Assembly: GCA_045656445.1 (NCBI GenBank)
Contig: JAZORD010000010.1
Coordinates: forward strand, 17,357-81,356
Direction of reading: 5' to 3'
DNA length: 64,000 nucleotides
From: Eubacteriales bacterium
GTDB taxonomy: Bacteria; Bacillota; Clostridia; Oscillospirales; CAG-272
Below the pieces are notes generated by a model. The model was given only the letters and a program-made list of their open reading frames with translations, made no database searches and was not told the DNA's origin. Each line of letters starts with the position of its first letter. Position 1 is the first letter of the stretch. Both the position numbers and the translations under genes were made by a program. Of the stretch, positions 28,214 to 37,757 are shown piece after piece.

Positions 28214-28214
28214 A

Positions 28215-28484
28215 TCAGATTCTGTGCATAGTGTTGAATATATCCTCGTGCATTACGCGAATATCCACACCGTTTTCTCCTCCCGCCTTTGTCATAGCAT
28301 CAGCAAACTCCGAGAAATCCACCGTCAAGCCCTCAAGCGACACCATCATAATCATGGCAAAATACTCGCCCAGAACGGTCTGACTTATGTCTATGATGTT
28401 TGCGCCGTACTTTGCACATTCAGCGCTGGCCATAGCTATAATTCCAACCTTATCCTTACCGGTTACGGTAACAACTGCCTTCAT
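28215..28484 (-). CDS. ACT-domain protein (UPF0237 family)
   Basis: Start moved to ATG 28484, with GGAGG upstream. [17 protein letters not shown] is an ACT N-terminus. This gene is the canonical partner upstream of UPF0210. Confidence 0.85.
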   Translation of the reverse strand: MKAVVTVTGKDKVGIIAMASAECAKYGANIIDISQTVLGEYFAMIMMVSLEGLTVDFSEFADAMTKAGGENGVDIRVMHEDIFNTMHRI

Positions 28485-28551
28485 AAAAACCTCCAAAACT
28501 TATTTGCTGGTTACATTTTATCATATATTTTTATCTTTGTCCATACGGTTG

Positions 28552-28580
28552 TTGAAATATTTCTTTTTTTATGATAAAAT
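28552..28580 (+). promoter_or_regulatory. Sigma-A promoter (extended -10) of truB-addA
   Basis: TTGAAA, a 17-nt spacer, then TGaTAAAAT. Confidence 0.6.
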
Positions 28581-28611
28581 ATTTTTATAAAGATATTTTT
28601 TGAGGTCTGAT

Positions 28612-29499
28612 ATGAAAAACGGCATTATCATAATAAATAAGACCGAGGGGATGTCCTCCTTTGCAATAGTCAGCCGCGTCCGCAGGCTTTTTGACGTAAA
28701 GAAGGCCGGCCACACCGGTACGCTTGACCCGATGGCAACAGGTGTTTTGCCCGTGCTTCTCGAACGCGCGGTAAAGGCAAGCGAGTATATGCTCACCTCG
28801 GACAAGCATTACAGTGCCGTGATGCTTCTCGGCATAACAACCGACACCGAGGACGTAACCGGCAAAACCCTTACCGTGTGCGACAAAATACCTGCCGAGA
28901 GCGAGGTCCTTTCCGCAGTTGACTCAATGCTCGGAGAATCTATGCAAATACCCCCTATGTATTCCGCGCTGAAGGTTGGCGGCAAAAAGCTTTGCGACCT
29001 TGCAAGAGCCGGGGAGGTTGTGGAGCGCGAGCCGCGCAAAATAACCGTTCACGGCATAAAAGCTTCCTTTATAAACGACCGCGAATACAGCCTTGATATA
29101 CATTGCTCAAAGGGTACTTATATCCGTACTCTTATAGCTGATATAGGAAAGAAGCTCGGAGTCGGAGCTGTGATGAAGTCGCTTTCACGGACTGAGGCTT
29201 CCGGCTTTTCGCTGTCGGATTCATACACACTTGACGAGCTTGATGGGATGAGCGCTGAGGAGCGCGATGAAAAAATTTTGCCGATAGAGTCGGTGTTCAG
29301 AAATGAAAGAGAACTCACACTGCCGCCGTTTTTCTCAAGGCTTGCAAGATGCGGCGTAGAGATATATCTTAAAAAGATAAATTTTAAGGCAGAGCCCCTT
29401 GAGCGCATCAAGCTGTTCGATAGCGACGGATTTTTTGCACTCGGAGAGGTAAGAGAATTTGAACAAGGACTTGCCATAAAGCCTATAAAACAATTTTAA
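28612..29499 (+). CDS. truB: tRNA pseudouridine(55) synthase
   Basis: GHTGTLDPMATGVL (catalytic Asp) and the PPMYSALKVGGKKL motif. Confidence 0.93.
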   Translation: MKNGIIIINKTEGMSSFAIVSRVRRLFDVKKAGHTGTLDPMATGVLPVLLERAVKASEYMLTSDKHYSAVMLLGITTDTEDVTGKTLTVCDKIPAESEVLSAVDSMLGESMQIPPMYSALKVGGKKLCDLARAGEVVEREPRKITVHGIKASFINDREYSLDIHCSKGTYIRTLIADIGKKLGVGAVMKSLSRTEASGFSLSDSYTLDELDGMSAEERDEKILPIESVFRNERELTLPPFFSRLARCGVEIYLKKINFKAEPLERIKLFDSDGFFALGEVREFEQGLAIKPIKQF

Positions 29500-29513
29500 A
29501 GAAAGGAGTCGCT

Positions 29514-32500
29514 ATGGCGGAAAGAAAATTCACCCCTGAGCAGCTCTCTGCAATAGAAACGAAAAACAAGACTCTGCTCGTGTCTGCCGCAGCGGGCTCA
29601 GGAAAAACCGCAACACTTACAGAGCGCATAATACGCTCGCTCGTCGACGAAAGCAATCCAAAGGATATAAGCAAAATGCTTATAGTAACCTTCACCAACG
29701 CAGCGGTAGACGAGCTTCGCGAGAGAATAACGTCAGCGCTTAAAAGCAAGCTTAAAGAGAATCCAGGAGATGCAAGACTTGAGCGTCAGCTTTATATGCT
29801 CCCTAACGCAAAAATATCCACTATTGACTCTTTTTGTAACGATATACTCAAAAACAACGCCGAGCGCTTTGGGATTTCTCCCGCTTACCGCATTGCAGAC
29901 CCCGCAGAAGCGGGAATTTTGGCTCATTCGGTCTTGTCCACTCTTATTTCGTCGGCATATAACGGAGAGATTGATTCCGTAAATCCAAAGGATTTTGAGG
30001 AGCTTTCCGGCTGCCTTGTCGGAGTCAAAAACGACTCGGCACTTGAAGAGGTCCTGTCTGTTCTTTACGAGAAATCGAAAAGCCACGAGCGCGGCGTTAA
30101 AATATTCGGTAACTTTGCAAACGATATGTACGAGTATGCAAACCTTTCCGTAGAAGAAACCCCATACGGAAAATACGCCATGGATGCGGCAAAGGAGATA
30201 GCCCTACACTACCGCAAGCTCTATGAAAAGCTGTGTTCACGTATAACCCATCTTGCAAGCTCCGACTGCGATTATATTGATTTCCTTGAAACCGAAAAAT
30301 ACTATTTTGACAAAATACTGAGTCAAACTGATTATGAAAATATGCGTGAGGTTCTTGCCGAGGAGATTCTCCCCCTACCGCGTGTAAAAAAGAAGGGTGT
30401 TTTGCACGAGGCGTTCGGAGCAGCGCGCGATGGTATGAAAGAGGCGCTCGAAAAATGTTACGACAGATATTTTTCATATTCAAGAGAGGAGTGGCAGCTT
30501 GATTTCCTTGACCTCAACCGCCTTATACATACTCTGGCTTGCTTTATGACGGAGTTTGACAAGCTCTACTTTGAAGAAAAGAAGCGCCGCGGCGTGCTTG
30601 AGTATTCGGATATTGAAATGCTCGCCTATCTCAGCCTTTACGACGAAGATGGCAATCTCACCGAGCTTGCTTACGCTCAAAAGGAGCAATATTCCGATGT
30701 GTACGTCGACGAGTACCAGGACGTCAACTCTATTCAGAATAAAATATTCGAGGCTGTATCAAAAGCCGACAATTGCTTTATGGTAGGAGATATAAAGCAG
30801 TCAATCTACGGATTCAGGAGCGCAAGACCGGATATTTTTGCAAAAATGAAGGACTCCTTCCCACAGCTAAAGGACTCTCACGACTCAAACTGTGCCTCGA
30901 TATTTATGTCTAGAAATTTCCGCTGTGACAGAGGGATTGTAAACTTTGTAAACGATATATTCCACCCCCTTTTCACATTGATTAAGAAGTCCATAGGCTA
31001 CGTTCCTGAGGACCGTCTTGAATACGGAAAAGTTGACACGGGAACTCTCTCGCTCGATGCGGCAAAAAGAACGCCCGAAATTTATCTTTTTACAAACGCT
31101 GATAAAACCGACGAGGATGACAAGCTCGGAGAGCTCTCGCCGGCGTGGGTGGCAAAAAAAATCAAATATCTTATAGAAAATCAAAAGTTAAACTCAGGCG
31201 AACATGTTCGCCCCTCGGATATTGCAATAATTTTACGCAAAGACGGCGGACGCGCTAAGGATTACGCGGACGCGCTTGAGTCTTTGGGAGTTGAAGCCAC
31301 TGTACCGGACCGCCAAAGCTTTCTTGACAGCTCCGGAATTCAACTCGTGCTTTGCTTGCTTTCTGCAATAGACAACCCTATGCGCGATATATACCTTGCC
31401 GGCCTTATGATGTCACCTCTTTACGACTTCACCCCCGACGAGCTATACAAAATAAAAAAATTTGACAAAACCGCAAGTCTTTGGGGTTCACTGCTTCAAT
31501 ACGTCAAGGAAAATCAAGGCTTTGCAAAGGGCAAGGAATTTATAAAATCGCTCAATCATTACCGAGCGATAGCAGAGGGCGTTAAGGTCGACGCTCTGAT
31601 TATGCGCCTCTATAACGAAACCGGTCTTTTAGCGCTTGGAGCAAAAAACGGATTCAAGGAAAACCTTATGCTCCTTTATAACTACGCGCAAAAGTTTGAA
31701 GCATCCTCTTTTGAAGGTCTTTACAGCTTTATAAGTTATGTAAATAAGCTAATAGATTCCGGGGCGGGATTCTCTGCGCCCAAGGGCTCAAACGCTGATA
31801 ATGCCGTGACTATAATCACCGCTCATAAATCAAAAGGTCTCGAATTTCCCGTAGTTTTCCTTGTCGATGCCGCCACCTCGCTTTATTCATCAAGGGATAA
31901 ACAGGCCCGTGTAGCCTTTTCCGATGATTTCGGCATAGCAATGAGAACGAGAGTTCCGGAGGGTATATCCCTTGTTGGAAGCCCTATTTATAACGCTATA
32001 ATAGACCGCAACGCCGATAAGAGTCTTGAGGAAGAGCTTAGAGTTTATTACGTAGCTCTTACCCGGGCTCGCGAAATGCTTTACATCACGGGCGCCATAA
32101 ACGTAAAGGATATGAAAACCTACCTCGCCGACGCTAAAATCAGAAAGGCTCATATAAGTTCCTATACCTTAAAGCAAGCAAAAAGCTTCGTTGATATTAT
32201 GCTTTTGTTCGAGAGCTTTGCAAAAATCACGTGGAACTGCGAAAAAACAAGTTGCAGCTATGATTTTAACGAAGATAACGGTGTCGAAAGTTGCGACAGT
32301 GCCACCCGCCCCTCAGAGCTTGAGTTGCCCGAAATATACGGAAACGGAGCGGGGAATTCAGTCCTAGAAGAAGAGAACGCTATTGAATTTGACAGATACA
32401 GCGCATACGACGACTTGCATCTTAAATTTGACACGCCCGGTGACAGAGAGGATTTTTTCGAACAGTTTGAGGAAAATCTGTCAGAAGCAGAAGATTTTTT

Positions 32501-33410
32501 AAGCCGCGAAGAATTTTTCAAAATTCTCGACAAAACTCTTGCGGAATTTAATATGCCGCCTTACAAAAGCGGCCACACTGAAAAGAAGGCCTCCAAGCAA
32601 AAAAAAGAAGCAACACCCGACTCCGCACCGCAAAAGGAGCTTTATTCGGCTCTGATAGAGCGCCTTTCCTATAAATATCCTAACTCGCACCTCTCTTCCC
32701 TTCCCGAAAAAATGTCTATATCCAAGCTTTATCCCTCCGTGCTTGACGGAAACGACGAGAATATAAGGCTGACTGTTGACGAGGGCGAGCCTCACAGCGC
32801 GCCCCAAACCCTAAATCTCCCGGAATTTATCACGGGTAGCAGCGACTACGAAAGCGCAATGCGCGGAATTGCAACTCATAATTTTCTGCAATTTTTTGAG
32901 CTTGAGAGCTTCGGTGAGGGAAAATCTCAACTTGAGCTTGAGCGTTTGGTATCTAAAGAATTTATGTCACAAAAGGACGCCAAGCGAGTCCGCATAAGCG
33001 AAATTGAGCTCTTCGCTAAGTCAAGCCTTCTTCAAAAAATGAAAGAAGCAAAGAGCCTTTACCGTGAATTCAGATTCAACGTTATGCTTCCAGCCTCCCT
33101 GTTTACAAAAAATGAAGAGCGTCAGAGGGCGTTTGGCGGACGTCAGATTCTCTTGCAAGGCGTAATAGACTGTCTTATAGAGGATGCCGAAGGTAATCTT
33201 CACCTTGTAGACTACAAGACCGACAGGCTCACTAAAGCCGAGCTTGCGGATAGGTCGCTCGCTCAAAAAAAGCTCTCGGAAAAGCACCGCCTCCAGCTTA
33301 CCTACTATTCCCTTGCCGTAGAAAAAATTTTTTCCAGAAAGCCAACCACGGCAAGCGTATACTCACTTCCTCTCGGCGACACGGTAGAGGTAGATATCAA
33401 GAACAATTAA
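29514..33410 (+). CDS. addA: AddA-like UvrD-family helicase / RecB-type nuclease (ATP-dependent helicase-nuclease subunit A)
   Basis: 1,298 aa. Motifs: helicase motif I AAAGSGKT, motif II VDEYQDVN, and a C-terminal PD-(D/E)XK nuclease (GVIDCL...HLVDYKTD). No addB is adjacent. Confidence 0.8.
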   Translation: MAERKFTPEQLSAIETKNKTLLVSAAAGSGKTATLTERIIRSLVDESNPKDISKMLIVTFTNAAVDELRERITSALKSKLKENPGDARLERQLYMLPNAKISTIDSFCNDILKNNAERFGISPAYRIADPAEAGILAHSVLSTLISSAYNGEIDSVNPKDFEELSGCLVGVKNDSALEEVLSVLYEKSKSHERGVKIFGNFANDMYEYANLSVEETPYGKYAMDAAKEIALHYRKLYEKLCSRITHLASSDCDYIDFLETEKYYFDKILSQTDYENMREVLAEEILPLPRVKKKGVLHEAFGAARDGMKEALEKCYDRYFSYSREEWQLDFLDLNRLIHTLACFMTEFDKLYFEEKKRRGVLEYSDIEMLAYLSLYDEDGNLTELAYAQKEQYSDVYVDEYQDVNSIQNKIFEAVSKADNCFMVGDIKQSIYGFRSARPDIFAKMKDSFPQLKDSHDSNCASIFMSRNFRCDRGIVNFVNDIFHPLFTLIKKSIGYVPEDRLEYGKVDTGTLSLDAAKRTPEIYLFTNADKTDEDDKLGELSPAWVAKKIKYLIENQKLNSGEHVRPSDIAIILRKDGGRAKDYADALESLGVEATVPDRQSFLDSSGIQLVLCLLSAIDNPMRDIYLAGLMMSPLYDFTPDELYKIKKFDKTASLWGSLLQYVKENQGFAKGKEFIKSLNHYRAIAEGVKVDALIMRLYNETGLLALGAKNGFKENLMLLYNYAQKFEASSFEGLYSFISYVNKLIDSGAGFSAPKGSNADNAVTIITAHKSKGLEFPVVFLVDAATSLYSSRDKQARVAFSDDFGIAMRTRVPEGISLVGSPIYNAIIDRNADKSLEEELRVYYVALTRAREMLYITGAINVKDMKTYLADAKIRKAHISSYTLKQAKSFVDIMLLFESFAKITWNCEKTSCSYDFNEDNGVESCDSATRPSELELPEIYGNGAGNSVLEEENAIEFDRYSAYDDLHLKFDTPGDREDFFEQFEENLSEAEDFLSREEFFKILDKTLAEFNMPPYKSGHTEKKASKQKKEATPDSAPQKELYSALIERLSYKYPNSHLSSLPEKMSISKLYPSVLDGNDENIRLTVDEGEPHSAPQTLNLPEFITGSSDYESAMRGIATHNFLQFFELESFGEGKSQLELERLVSKEFMSQKDAKRVRISEIELFAKSSLLQKMKEAKSLYREFRFNVMLPASLFTKNEERQRAFGGRQILLQGVIDCLIEDAEGNLHLVDYKTDRLTKAELADRSLAQKKLSEKHRLQLTYYSLAVEKIFSRKPTTASVYSLPLGDTVEVDIKNN

Positions 33411-33430
33411 TAGCGAGATAATAACAAAAG

Positions 33431-33470
33431 AGGAGAACATCGGTTTTTGCCGTTGTTCTCCTTGTTTTTT
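33431..33470. terminator. Bidirectional intrinsic terminator between convergent genes
   Basis: Stem AGGAGAACA / TGTTCTCCT followed by TGTTTTTT, with a T-rich tail on the other strand as well. Confidence 0.75.
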
Positions 33471-33482
33471 AAAGCAAACCTT

Positions 33483-35057
33483 TTACTGCTTTTTCACCAC
33501 GGTAGGAAGAGAAATAAATGCGTCAAGAGAATACTCGTAATAAACCATTTCAACGAAATATTCTTCCCCGTAATACTCCAGCATCTCAGCCTTTATCTCG
33601 GCGATTTTCTTCTCGCGGTCGGCTTCATTCTTTATTGCCTCCAGCTCTTCCTTATAGATATTTTCGGTGTAATAATCAAGATATTCCTGCACTGTTGCGT
33701 CGTAACGCGCCTGATAATCAGCATCAGAGGGGAGCAGATTTTCTTCCCTTATTATATAATAGAAAATCAGCTTTTCCGTCACAACGGCCTCAGCTCGCTC
33801 ACGAATATATTCACGCCAGTCTGCGCCGTCTGTTATACCGAGATACGCCGAAGCAAACTGGTCGATGCTTGAATACATCGAAGAATAATACTCATATGCC
33901 TCTTTAATTTCACCGTAATACTGTTCGTATACCTCTTCAACCTCGCTCTTAGGAAGCCTTTTTACCTTTACCGCCTCGTGAAGATGCTTCCATATAGCCT
34001 CCTCAACCATTGTTTTTTTGGTGCTGAGGTATTCCTCCTCTATTTGCGCTTTAAGCATGTTTTTATGCTTTTCAACTATGCCGCTGCCCTCGTATTTCGA
34101 TAGCATCGCTTCTGTTACTCCAAGAGTTCCCGTTATAAAGGCTTCATCATACTTCGGAGTGTCGTACGCTATAACCTCCTCAAAGAAAACGTCAAACAAA
34201 ACGCTTACACCCCGTAAGGACGCCTCCTTATAATCCGTCGGGAAATACGCGCTTATTGTCAAGGGCTTATCCTCTCCGCTCGTTGCGTAGTCAACGGTCA
34301 TATCGAAATAGACAGCCGAGCCTGCTCCCATCTCAAAGGTCGCGTTCTGGCTTATCTTCTCGCCTATCTTTGTGTCTACAAAGAAACCGGCAAATCCATT
34401 GCCATATTTTTCGTCAACGTCACCGGCGGAAAGATTTATCCTCTCGGACACCTTTGTAACCGATGTTCCGTCGGGAAGCATTGCTCGGTAGGAAAGATAG
34501 ATAACGTCGCCTTCCAAAACCTTGCCAGATTTTTTCACACTCAGCCTTGAATAATCACTCGGTATAGCTCCAAGCAAGGACTCCTCAAACCCCGGAATAA
34601 ATCCAAGAGAACCGATTCCAAGCGAGTAGGGTGATGAAGAAAAATTGCATCCGCCTGAAAATGCATTCTCATTGCCCGATTCATCAAGGGTGTATCCGCG
34701 GTAGTATATTTTCACGGTATCGCCGGCATCTATCGGACGCCCAAGATTTATAACGCTTCCGCCATTATTCAGTGCAGCCCCTCTTTTTTGATAACGCAGA
34801 GACATTATTTTGCGATCAACATCACCTTCGCGCATCTCGTCATATAAAACCTCAAGTGTATAGCCCTTATAATCATTTTCGGGAATAGTTATATACCTTG
34901 ATATATTGTCCTCAAGATAATCGATATCTTTTGAAGAATCACAGCTGCCGAGAATGAACACTGACGCAAGAATCAAAGACATAGCGCAAAGAATAATTAT
35001 GGCATTTTCTCTTATATGAAAGCCCTTGCCCGCCCCACTATAAATATTTTTATTCAT
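33483..35057 (-). CDS. Lipoprotein with trigger-factor-like FKBP PPIase domain(s) and chaperone-like C-terminal domain
   Basis: Lipobox ILGS|C. FKBP segment GDTVKIYYRGYTLDESG...GSLGFIPGFEESLLG (compare the IPGFE motif of trigger factor). There is a second degenerate FKBP-like segment and a Tyr/Glu-rich helical C-terminal domain. Confidence 0.65.
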   Translation of the reverse strand: MNKNIYSGAGKGFHIRENAIIILCAMSLILASVFILGSCDSSKDIDYLEDNISRYITIPENDYKGYTLEVLYDEMREGDVDRKIMSLRYQKRGAALNNGGSVINLGRPIDAGDTVKIYYRGYTLDESGNENAFSGGCNFSSSPYSLGIGSLGFIPGFEESLLGAIPSDYSRLSVKKSGKVLEGDVIYLSYRAMLPDGTSVTKVSERINLSAGDVDEKYGNGFAGFFVDTKIGEKISQNATFEMGAGSAVYFDMTVDYATSGEDKPLTISAYFPTDYKEASLRGVSVLFDVFFEEVIAYDTPKYDEAFITGTLGVTEAMLSKYEGSGIVEKHKNMLKAQIEEEYLSTKKTMVEEAIWKHLHEAVKVKRLPKSEVEEVYEQYYGEIKEAYEYYSSMYSSIDQFASAYLGITDGADWREYIRERAEAVVTEKLIFYYIIREENLLPSDADYQARYDATVQEYLDYYTENIYKEELEAIKNEADREKKIAEIKAEMLEYYGEEYFVEMVYYEYSLDAFISLPTVVKKQ

Positions 35058-35071
35058 TGAAATCTCCGTTT

Positions 35072-35503
35072 TTAAAAAGAATCTGCAAAATCGGTAGCGA
35101 GCTTATCGCACCGTTCGTTATAACCGTGACCGTTATGGCCCTTAACCCAAATGAACTTCACCCGGTTTTTTTCCGTCAGCTCATAAAGCCTTGCCCACAG
35201 GTCAGGATTTTTAAGCGCATCCTTCCCTCTTTTCCACCCCGCATCACGCCAGGAATATATCCACCCCTCGTTAAATGCATCAACAAGATACTTTGAGTCG
35301 GAATAAAGGGTTACTTTGCACGGCTCCTTTAGCGCCTCAAGACCGGAAATGGCAGCCATAAGCTCCATTCTGTTGTTGGTGGTAAGGGGCTCTCCTCCCG
35401 ACATTTCCTTTTCATATATGCCATATACGAGAATTGCTCCCCATCCTCCCTTACCGGGATTTCCTCGGCACGCGCCGTCGGTATATAATGAAACCTCTTT
35501 CAT
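35072..35503 (-). CDS. rnhA: Ribonuclease HI
   Basis: Motifs: [25 protein letters not shown], and [11 protein letters not shown] (the DEDD catalytic set). Confidence 0.93.
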   Translation of the reverse strand: MKEVSLYTDGACRGNPGKGGWGAILVYGIYEKEMSGGEPLTTNNRMELMAAISGLEALKEPCKVTLYSDSKYLVDAFNEGWIYSWRDAGWKRGKDALKNPDLWARLYELTEKNRVKFIWVKGHNGHGYNERCDKLATDFADSF

Positions 35504-35520
35504 AATCTACAAAAACATCC

Positions 35521-35557
35521 TTTATAAAGAAATCCGACAGATTGGCTGCCGGATTTC
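35521..35557 (-). terminator. Intrinsic terminator between lipoprotein gene and rnhA
   Basis: On the minus strand: GAAATCCG / CGGATTTC stem followed by TTTAT. Confidence 0.6.
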
Positions 35558-35575
35558 TTGAGTTTGAAAAGTCTA

Positions 35576-37594
35576 TTATTCTGCCTGCTCTCCCGCTGTC
35601 TTTTTGGATTGGGGCTCACCGTAAACTATTTCCTCAACGAGCGTATAGTCAAAGGTTATCGCAACGTAGCCGTTTGCATCAGGCTCTTCTGCCTTAACCT
35701 CCTCATAAGCAAGGAAGTAGTTCATAAGCTTGTCGAACTGGTAAGCATAGCGAACGCTGTTTTCGCCATAGTAATACTCGTTGTAGGAATAATTATTATC
35801 GGTATCCTTGGTGTACTCCTTAAATTCATCCTCGGTGGCAAGGACGCCGTATGCCTTAGCCGCAACGTATATGCGAACGATAGGTTCAACGTATTTTTTA
35901 GCTTCATCCTGAAGAACTGCAAGAGCCTCGTCGTATGTTTCGGTCGTCTTTTTGTAATCAGCGTTTACAGACTTTATAAGGAACTTCTTGAACGAGCCGC
36001 CGTTTGCCTTGTAATAGGTCTCCTTTGTGGTGCTGTCACTTCCCGTATAGAACTCGTACTCATAATTTTCAACGAGTCTTTGGTAGGTTGCTTCTACAGC
36101 CTTCTTCGGAACGTCAACGACATTGATTTCTTTTTCAAGGAAGTAGTATATTTCCTTTGCGAGATTCATTTTAACCTCGGTATTATATGCATCCTGAAGA
36201 TAGTTGTACGTAAGAAGCTTATATCCGCTAACGAGTCTTTCGCCAACCGTTTTTTCGTCAACGCTTATTGCGAGCATAGAAGAGGTGTAGTTTTCCCTTT
36301 CCCCCTTCTTTTCGTCGATGAGGTTTTCATTTGTTTTTATATTTGCTTTTGCTTCCTCGAGAGCTTTATTTGCTTTCTCAAGAGCCGCGTTCAGCTCCTC
36401 GCTGGGAGCTTCTGCGGTTTCAACCTTTCTCTTTGCATCTGCAACCGCAGCCTCAAGGTCGGAAATTTTATCCTCGGCTTCGCCAAGAGCCTTTTCAAGC
36501 TCCTCTTGCTCGGTATAGGTTTTGAGTATCTTTTCAACCAAGTCAGCTATGCTGAGTCCATCTGAAGTCTTGTAATTAGCAAGAAGAGTAGCACGCTCCT
36601 CAATCTTTTCCTTATCCTCTTTTTCGTCAAGGTTAACCCACTCCGTTCCGAGGAGCATCTCGTATACAGCGTCAGCAGTTATTTCCTCGCCAAGAAGAAT
36701 ATTTACGATGTTCACAGCGTTATACTCGGGAACGCTCACGTAGTGAACGGGATAAATATGGTAGGTAAGCTCCTTGCCCTTGAGGTTTCTCGTTGTATTC
36801 GTAGTATCTGTAACGTTCTTATCCTCGGTATAGGTTACCTCCTTAAAGCTGGTAAGCTCCTCACCGGTCGATACCCAGTTGACAGTTACACCTGAGTAGG
36901 TATCGCCTCCAATAGTCTTGCTTTCTTTAATTTCGGTGGCAATACTCTTGTTGCAAAGATAGGACTCAAAGGTCGCGGGCTCTGCGCCCTCTGCAACCGC
37001 AGCTCCTATTTCAATAACCTCATTTACTCTTTTCTCGGACTTAGTTTCGCCATTAAGAGTATAGCTCTTAGTGTAGGAAACATATGCTACGTCACCCTGC
37101 GCTGTCTTGCCTGCGGTCTTAGTTTTATAAGTGCCGTTTTTAAAGTCATAGCTCTTAAGAACCTCTGCAACTGCGGCAGAAACTCCCTCAAGGTCGCTTG
37201 CGCCAAGCTGAACCGAAGATGCGCTTGCCTGCTTCATATTAGCCGCATACAAAACTGCGGTAACGCCATCGAAATCAGCCGTTACGTAGTAACAGTAATA
37301 CACGAGGTCACGAGCCGAGGGAACGCCCTCCGTCTTCTGAGTTTTATCGTCTGAAGCGCTGGCAAGAGCAGCATAAACACTGTCAAGAACCTTCTTTTCT
37401 CTTTCCGCGGAATCGAGCGAAAAATCCCCGTCTTCAATAGTTATTTTCTTGATTTTTTCAATAAGAGCAGTCTTCTGCTCCTCAGAGAGTGTTGCGTACG
37501 CTGACAAATCGTCCTTCGCAAAGCTGTAACCGCAGCCAACGAGCGAAAGCGAGAGCATAACCACAACAAGAATTAAACCTATAATTCTCTTCAT
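35576..37594 (-). CDS. Large lipoprotein with central coiled coil; C-terminal domain paralogous to the 33483-35057 chaperone-like lipoprotein
   Basis: Lipobox LVGC|G. The coiled coil is EELEKALGEAEDKISDLEAAVADAKRKVE...EEAKANIK. The C-terminal block VDVPKKAVEATYQRLVENYEYEFY aligns with VKRLPKSEVEEVYEQYYGEIKEAYEYY of the neighbouring lipoprotein. Confidence 0.5.
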   Translation of the reverse strand: MKRIIGLILVVVMLSLSLVGCGYSFAKDDLSAYATLSEEQKTALIEKIKKITIEDGDFSLDSAEREKKVLDSVYAALASASDDKTQKTEGVPSARDLVYYCYYVTADFDGVTAVLYAANMKQASASSVQLGASDLEGVSAAVAEVLKSYDFKNGTYKTKTAGKTAQGDVAYVSYTKSYTLNGETKSEKRVNEVIEIGAAVAEGAEPATFESYLCNKSIATEIKESKTIGGDTYSGVTVNWVSTGEELTSFKEVTYTEDKNVTDTTNTTRNLKGKELTYHIYPVHYVSVPEYNAVNIVNILLGEEITADAVYEMLLGTEWVNLDEKEDKEKIEERATLLANYKTSDGLSIADLVEKILKTYTEQEELEKALGEAEDKISDLEAAVADAKRKVETAEAPSEELNAALEKANKALEEAKANIKTNENLIDEKKGERENYTSSMLAISVDEKTVGERLVSGYKLLTYNYLQDAYNTEVKMNLAKEIYYFLEKEINVVDVPKKAVEATYQRLVENYEYEFYTGSDSTTKETYYKANGGSFKKFLIKSVNADYKKTTETYDEALAVLQDEAKKYVEPIVRIYVAAKAYGVLATEDEFKEYTKDTDNNYSYNEYYYGENSVRYAYQFDKLMNYFLAYEEVKAEEPDANGYVAITFDYTLVEEIVYGEPQSKKTAGEQAE

Positions 37595-37757
37595 CTTTTC
37601 TTTCCTCTATATCAATTTATTTTTTCCGTAATTTGCCCAGGTTTTTCCAAAAAACACAATGAGCAAACACAATTATATCATATGAATGTGAAAAATGCAA
37701 ATACTTTTTTTATTTTTCTATATATTTTTTGCACTTTTCTCTAAACTGCTCTGAAAT

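Noticed and set aside
35558-36565. 335-aa plus-strand ORF antisense to the 672-aa lipoprotein gene.
   Set aside because: The translation is Phe/Leu/Cys/Ile-rich nonsense with no start context. The minus-strand gene has a lipobox, an RBS, a promoter region and a paralogue, so the antisense ORF is a shadow.
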